From contig NC_021219.1 in NCBI RefSeq assembly GCF_000392435.1, positions 630,001 through 662,000 on the forward strand: a DNA stretch of 32,000 bases. The letters run 5' to 3'. A program made the translations under genes and the position numbers. The notes beneath the pieces were generated by a model. That model saw only the letters and a list, made by a program, of their open reading frames with translations, did not search any database and had not been told where the DNA came from. The DNA comes from Candidatus Saccharimonas aalborgensis. GTDB lineage: Bacteria; Patescibacteriota; Saccharimonadia; Saccharimonadales; Saccharimonadaceae. Shown here piece by piece: positions 26,900-32,000 of the stretch. How positions within the stretch are numbered: the first letter of the stretch is position 1; the number at the start of each line of letters is the position of its first letter.

Positions 26900-27772
26900 A
26901 TGGATTATATTTTTGGAACGTTGATTGTTAGTATCGGGGGACTCATGCTTGGTAGCTTCGCAGGTGCTCAGGTGTGGCGCTTACGGGCGCGACAGCTTGA
27001 CGAGGACAGACAGGCCGGGGAAACTATTGATAAACAAGAACTTAGCCGCTTGAAACCTCTCATATCAGTTTCTCTTACGTCAGATCGCTCAGTCTGCTTA
27101 TACTGCCATCATCAGCTGCGTTGGTATGATATGATCCCTCTGCTCAGCTGGGCTGGTACAGGCGGCAGATGCCGTTACTGTCGGCAATCTATAGGCTCCC
27201 TGGAACCTCTTATAGAGCTTGGGCTAAGCGCTGCATTTGTTATCTCATATCTTTACTGGCCCACACCTCTTACATCAGGGGTAGCATGGGGAGCATTTGT
27301 CGTCTGGCTACTTTCTCTCACAAGTCTTGCGATTTTGGTTACATATGACATTCGTTGGCAGCTTCTGCCAGATATCGTTAGCTACTGCTATATGTTACTG
27401 GGAATTATATTTATTGTCCTTGGCTTTCATGGGGGGTGGGGTTCAATTGTTGAAGTAGTAGGGGCTGTGGCGGTACTCGGCGGTCTCTATGGCATACTTT
27501 ACATGCTTTCGGGTGGGAGATGGATTGGCTTCGGTGACGTTAAGTTAGGAGTCGGACTGGGACTTTTTCTGTCAAATTGGCGACAGGCGTTACTAGCGCT
27601 CTTTCTCGCTAACCTCATAGGTTGCATCGTTGTTATACCGGGTCTTATCAGTCGAAAGCTAACCAGTACCTCGCATATACCGTTTGGACCATTTCTTGTC
27701 GCAGGGATGATGCTGGCATTCTTCTGGGGCGAGTGGCTCATCTCGCGACTTTTGTCGCTTCAATTGTTCTAG
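26900..27772 (+). CDS. pilD: Prepilin peptidase PilD
   Basis: GLMLGSFAGAQVWRLR; two CxxC pairs (CLYCHHQ..., CRYCRQS); TYDIRWQLLPDIVSY; GRWIGFGDVKLGVGLG aspartyl protease motifs. Confidence 0.93.
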   Translation: MDYIFGTLIVSIGGLMLGSFAGAQVWRLRARQLDEDRQAGETIDKQELSRLKPLISVSLTSDRSVCLYCHHQLRWYDMIPLLSWAGTGGRCRYCRQSIGSLEPLIELGLSAAFVISYLYWPTPLTSGVAWGAFVVWLLSLTSLAILVTYDIRWQLLPDIVSYCYMLLGIIFIVLGFHGGWGSIVEVVGAVAVLGGLYGILYMLSGGRWIGFGDVKLGVGLGLFLSNWRQALLALFLANLIGCIVVIPGLISRKLTSTSHIPFGPFLVAGMMLAFFWGEWLISRLLSLQLF

Positions 27773-27809
27773 GTGTCTTGTTGCTGCTTATGCTATAATC
27801 ATCTCAAGT

Positions 27810-28529
27810 ATGATTGGGAATAAATCGGCTGGATTCACTGTTATTGAAACCATTCTTTATCTTGCCGTTACCGGTCTTCTTGCGGTTGGAGTGCTTGCAG
27901 GAGCGACAACGGCTATCAACCAGCAGCGCTACAAAGATGCCACGAACTCTTTTGTCGATTATCTCCAGTCGGGATATGACCAGACCATCAACGTTCAGAA
28001 TGACCGGCCAGTAGAAAAAACCTGTGACAGTGCTTCTCAGATTACTGACTCTCCAAATCCTGCAGCAGAGGTGAGAGGAGCGACAGAGTGTTTCGTGATC
28101 GGCCAACTGATATCGACTGACGATGGACGGGCTTTTACCATGACAGTAGTATATGGTTCCCAAGATGGTTCGAAAAAGACGAATGATGCAGACGCCTTGA
28201 CATCATCAAACCTTTTTTTGGGTACAACCTCTAGTACATATACACTTGAGTGGGATACGAGGATTGTCCAACCGGGCACTGCAACACCAATTCTTCCGAC
28301 AAGTATTTTAATTGCTCGCTCGCCTTCGAGCGGCGTGGTGCGAACCTACATCGGTGCCAAAGCGTTAACATTGTCAGCACTCATTACCACAGGCGCGGTA
28401 TCAGCTGATACTCTCTTTTGTGTTGATCCCTCGGGGTGGACGGGAGCAACTCGTGATGGCGCTGTGGTGCGTCCTGACACGACAAACAGCAGCGGGGTGA
28501 AGCTTGCTGGTCCAGGAGGCGGTTGCTGA
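27810..28529 (+). CDS. Minor pilin / pseudopilin
   Basis: MIGNKSAG|FTVIETILYLAVTGLLAVGVLAGATTAINQQRY class III signal peptide; TGCTATAAT extended -10 at 27791-27799. Confidence 0.8.
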   Translation: MIGNKSAGFTVIETILYLAVTGLLAVGVLAGATTAINQQRYKDATNSFVDYLQSGYDQTINVQNDRPVEKTCDSASQITDSPNPAAEVRGATECFVIGQLISTDDGRAFTMTVVYGSQDGSKKTNDADALTSSNLFLGTTSSTYTLEWDTRIVQPGTATPILPTSILIARSPSSGVVRTYIGAKALTLSALITTGAVSADTLFCVDPSGWTGATRDGAVVRPDTTNSSGVKLAGPGGGC

Positions 28530-29122
28530 TGCGTTTTAGTAAGGGCGATACGATTATCGAAGTGATGTTTTCATTCGTCGTCTTTAGTATGGTTATCGTA
28601 GGCGCCTTTATTTTGATGAATCAAGGTATCGCCTCGGCGCAGCGTTCCCTCGAAATTACCCTGGTTCGCGAGCAGATAGACGCGCAGATTGATATGGCTC
28701 GGTATGTCCAGAAATACGAGAGGACCACCTGGGAGAGCCTGATTAAACCAGCTCCTACGGGCAAACTGGTGTCGTCAGTTTCCGAGTTTGGCACAGATCT
28801 CAGCTGTCCCACTTCTGCATCTCTATCAGATACGTTCTTTTTTGGGCGTACTTCGGATGCAAAGACGGTCACTCTCTATAGTGTTGGCGCTGCGTCTTAT
28901 GGGCTCGCTCCTACCTATAGCCTTGTTGACTACCTTGCGACAACCCCCAAATCATACGGGATATGGCTCATGATTGTGCCTGCGGAGACCAAGTCAGGGG
29001 GTCCTGCTGACTCGGCTACCAACAAAGCGTATGATCTCCATGTTCGATCGTGTTGGAACAGCGTTGGATCAAGTCAACCAATGACCATCGGAACTGTTAC
29101 GAGGTTTTATGATGTCAAATAG
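28529..29122 (+). CDS. Minor pilin, PilV-like
   Basis: MRFSKG|DTIIEVMFSFVVFSMVIVGAFILMNQGIASAQRS; ATG overlaps the preceding TGA (TGATG). Confidence 0.75.
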   Translation: MRFSKGDTIIEVMFSFVVFSMVIVGAFILMNQGIASAQRSLEITLVREQIDAQIDMARYVQKYERTTWESLIKPAPTGKLVSSVSEFGTDLSCPTSASLSDTFFFGRTSDAKTVTLYSVGAASYGLAPTYSLVDYLATTPKSYGIWLMIVPAETKSGGPADSATNKAYDLHVRSCWNSVGSSQPMTIGTVTRFYDVK

Positions 29123-29822
29123 AGCTTGTAGTAAAGGATTTACTCTAATCGAACTTATGATCTCGATGACTTTTTTGTCAATTTTATTGATTGCGATTAC
29201 CGTTGCGACCCTTCAAATCATGCACCAGTATTCCAAGGGAATGACGGTAAAGTCAATCAATCAAATAGGCCGAAATCTTGCTGATAGTATACGACGCGAT
29301 GCGCGGTCACTGAGCACCGTGGGTGGTGGTAAGTATGTCGCACCAAATACTATCGGAGCAGGGGGGTTGGGACGTCTTTGCCTCGGCTCGGCGAGCTATA
29401 TCTGGAATACCGATTCAGCTCTTAGAGACGGTACGGGAGTGAAATATACAGGGGTACCGAGCCCTCGGATGATTGCGATGGCACGAGTAAACGACCAGGG
29501 CGGACAGTACTGCCTGCCTGTTAGTGGTAACTATCGCATGGATGTACCTGCAACCCTTGCTACCGAAATGCTGAGTAATTCTCTCGATACGACGACAGCG
29601 ACAACGGGTACCTTCACTGAGCTTGCACTCTATGAAATGACGCTGACGCCGATGGTGACTAATAATCCAGGGGTACTTTACACGCTGCAATTCACTCTTG
29701 GTACAAACCAATCCGGTACTATCGATACTGTTGACCAATCATGCCTCAACCAATCTAACACAACCTCAAATTATGATTTTTGCGCAGTAAATAAGTTTCA
29801 AATCGTCTTACGTATGGGATAA
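29109..29822 (+). CDS. Minor pilin, PilW-like
   Basis: SNRACSKG|FTLIELMISMTFLSILLIAITVATLQ; overlaps its upstream and downstream neighbours. Confidence 0.82.
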   Translation: MMSNRACSKGFTLIELMISMTFLSILLIAITVATLQIMHQYSKGMTVKSINQIGRNLADSIRRDARSLSTVGGGKYVAPNTIGAGGLGRLCLGSASYIWNTDSALRDGTGVKYTGVPSPRMIAMARVNDQGGQYCLPVSGNYRMDVPATLATEMLSNSLDTTTATTGTFTELALYEMTLTPMVTNNPGVLYTLQFTLGTNQSGTIDTVDQSCLNQSNTTSNYDFCAVNKFQIVLRMG

Positions 29823-31057
29823 TGATAAGTATGAGCACCATTCGAGAACAGCAACGGGGAGCAGTATCACTTTTTATCGTTATATTTGCAGCGCTACTAA
29901 TCATGGTACTAACGATAGGATTTATCCGTATGATGATACAGGAGCAAAAACAAGCACTCAACGACGATCTTTCTCAAAGCGCATACGACTCTGCCGTCAC
30001 TGGTGTCGAAGATGCCAAACGAGTCTTGCGGGCATGCCAGCAAGACTCTACCTCTGTAGCGTGTACTGCTCTCGATGCGCACAAGTGCAGCACTATCACA
30101 GATGCTCAAGTCGTCAGTGGCAGTGGCGAGACGACCATTAAGACAAACGGCTCGAGCGATACTAGTCTCAACCAAGCCTATACGTGTGTCAAGATATTTC
30201 GACAAACCGACGATAATATAGGGGATCTGACTGCGGGCACAAGTAAAGTTATTCGCATGAAAGCGACAGCCCCGTTTTCTTATTTCACCGTTGAGTGGAT
30301 GCTAAAGGGCAAGCCAGGCGGTGAGGATTCATCTGATCTTACAGCTCCTACCTCGAGCGTCCCTGTTATATCGTTACCGCCACGCTCAGGTTGGTCATCA
30401 AACTCGCCATCACTCTTGCGTGTCCAAGCTCTTCTGCCCCCAAATGCCAGTTCGGTGGATAGGGCGGCGATGGACGGAGCAATGCCAGATCCAGCAAATC
30501 CAGGTAATAGTATCTATATCGCGTCAACAACATTCCTGAGGCCATCAAATGTAAGCGCCTCTCAGAATGCGCTCGGTACGACTGCTTCGATAGGCTCTCA
30601 ACCACGTGCACCAGCTGATCTCAACGCTCATGTCGAATCGCTGAGTCCGATTGCGGTATCGTGCTCGAAAGCTGGCTATCTTGGCGGTGCATACGCCTGT
30701 AAAGCTGCATTTAAAGTATCATATACGGTCCCCGCGGGCTCGACAGTTGCTTTTCTGCGATTAAGTAGTATCTATCGAGATACCTCATATCGAGTAGCCC
30801 TTTATACATCAGAGCTTGATCAAACGCTCGTACAGTTTGATGGTGTCCAGCCTCTTGTTGACTCAACAGGTCGGGCAAATAATGTCTATCGGCGGGTTGA
30901 GAGTCGTATTGAACCAGGGGTTGCTGGTACAGGAGCACTTCCGTATCCTGAAAATGCGGTCGATGTAACCGGCAGTTTTTGCAAAGATTTTTATATTACT
31001 AATACAGTGGGGAGCACGGGAGTGCCTGCCTGCTCCACCATTCCCGTCATTCCGTAG
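29822..31057 (+). CDS. Pilus-associated PilX-like protein
   Basis: REQQRGAVSLFIVIFAALLIMVLTIGFIRMMIQEQKQALNDDLSQSAYDSAVTGVEDAKR; translationally coupled to the PilW-like gene. Confidence 0.7.
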   Translation: MISMSTIREQQRGAVSLFIVIFAALLIMVLTIGFIRMMIQEQKQALNDDLSQSAYDSAVTGVEDAKRVLRACQQDSTSVACTALDAHKCSTITDAQVVSGSGETTIKTNGSSDTSLNQAYTCVKIFRQTDDNIGDLTAGTSKVIRMKATAPFSYFTVEWMLKGKPGGEDSSDLTAPTSSVPVISLPPRSGWSSNSPSLLRVQALLPPNASSVDRAAMDGAMPDPANPGNSIYIASTTFLRPSNVSASQNALGTTASIGSQPRAPADLNAHVESLSPIAVSCSKAGYLGGAYACKAAFKVSYTVPAGSTVAFLRLSSIYRDTSYRVALYTSELDQTLVQFDGVQPLVDSTGRANNVYRRVESRIEPGVAGTGALPYPENAVDVTGSFCKDFYITNTVGSTGVPACSTIPVIP

Positions 31058-31970
31058 TAGAGTTCTCGCTATGGTATTGATCGTATACCTGCTTGAGGTG
31101 GGTATCTGTCACATGGGTATACACCTGGGTAGTACTAATGTTGCTGTGGCCTAGCATGGATTGTACACTACGGATATCTGCCCCGTTCATCAGCAGGTCT
31201 GTTGCGAAACTATGACGCATAGTGTGAGGGCTGACGTGTTTTGTGATACCGGCAAGTTTTGCGTATTTACTGACGAGGCGCTCAATACTTCGAGGAGTCA
31301 GTCGTCTGTACATTCCAGATCGATCGGCGCCGCAGTTACGACTATAGTTTAAAAATAGGGGAGGCAGTGAGTCGGTTCGTGTAGACAAATAGGCCTCAAC
31401 ATGCGCAGCTGCCTCTCGACTCACAAAGACTGGTCTATCTTTTTGGCCTTTACCGCGCACCATAAATTCTCTGCGTTTGGTATTGATATGGTCCCTGTCA
31501 AGAGCGGTGAGTTCGGATATTCGTAGCCCACTTGAAAAGAGTAGTTCGATTATCGCACGGTCGCGCAGGTGCTGCTCTTTGCCGGTTGATGGGATAGATT
31601 CGATGAGGCGTTGAAGCTCCTCGAAATGGAGAAATGTGACTTGCTTGCGGTGTACCTTTGGGAGTTCAATTTTATCAGGGCTCAGCGAGGCAATGTTCCT
31701 TTTAGAAAGGTAGGATAGAAATCCTCGGAGCGCAATCAAATGATAACTCTGTGTGATGAGTGCGAGGTCCTCTCCAGAAATATCTGAAGTATAGCGATTA
31801 AGCCATAACCGATATTTTCTCATCAGCTCCGATGAGATATCTGCCACTAATATATCTCCGGCAAATTCAATAAAGCGTTCGAGATAACGGCGGTAGTTTT
31901 CGGCAGTTTTTGCTGAGCGACCACGTTCTACTTCCATGTGTTCAATAAAATCAATGATGAGCTCAGACAT
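31047..31970 (-). CDS. xerC: Tyrosine recombinase XerC/XerD family
   Basis: SAM-like N-terminal domain; GLRISEL, GKGQKDRPV, SPHTMRHSFATDLL, LGHSNISTTQVYTHV catalytic R-K-HxxR-H-Y set. ORF track extends to 31994; M at 31970 starts MSELIIDFIEHM. Confidence 0.9.
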   Translation of the reverse strand: MSELIIDFIEHMEVERGRSAKTAENYRRYLERFIEFAGDILVADISSELMRKYRLWLNRYTSDISGEDLALITQSYHLIALRGFLSYLSKRNIASLSPDKIELPKVHRKQVTFLHFEELQRLIESIPSTGKEQHLRDRAIIELLFSSGLRISELTALDRDHINTKRREFMVRGKGQKDRPVFVSREAAAHVEAYLSTRTDSLPPLFLNYSRNCGADRSGMYRRLTPRSIERLVSKYAKLAGITKHVSPHTMRHSFATDLLMNGADIRSVQSMLGHSNISTTQVYTHVTDTHLKQVYDQYHSENSTTE

Positions 31971-32000
31971 GTACATATACCTAGCATAGCGCATTATTAA

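Noticed and set aside
31047-31970. XerC-like recombinase as evidence for an integrative element or prophage
   Set aside because: No second integrase, direct att-like repeats, phage genes or transposase were seen; the sequence fits a housekeeping XerC/D protein.
1-32000. CRISPR arrays, tRNA/rRNA genes, transposases and toxin-antitoxin or defence systems
   Set aside because: None recognised by eye. The only tandem or direct repeats found are coding repeats in the propeller and GC-rich proteins. A tRNAscan-SE/Infernal run would be needed to be definitive.

Overview
The window looks like a chromosomal segment from a reduced-genome, single-membrane bacterium, most likely Saccharibacteria/TM7-like Patescibacteria; this is inferred from gene content and order, with no database search. 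Left part (1-11.8 kb): 5'-truncated hypothetical protein, RNase J, FtsK/SpoIIIE, a secreted 7-repeat beta-propeller protein ending in an LAATG-type sorting signal, prephenate dehydratase (minus strand), rpsF-ssb-rpsR, a 55-aa ORF missing from the supplied track, a diaminopimelate decarboxylase-like gene, efp and tlyA. Centre (11.8-14.5 kb): a compositionally discordant GC-rich block with a modular surface protein containing a 221-bp perfect in-frame direct repeat, followed by a class E/F-like sortase. Each gene has its own TTTACA-N17-TATTAT promoter-like sequence. Then ychF (minus strand) and a 2H phosphoesterase. Right part (16.4-31.1 kb): a near-complete type IV pilus locus (putative adhesin, pilM/N/O, small membrane protein, pilB, pilT, pilC, pilins, pilD, minor pilins), ending in convergent overlap with a XerC/D-type recombinase. 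The best candidate for something under-described is the GC-rich surface protein plus sortase module, with its short Pro-Pro leader ORF and hairpin, the in-frame repeat, and a possible substrate encoded about 7 kb away.
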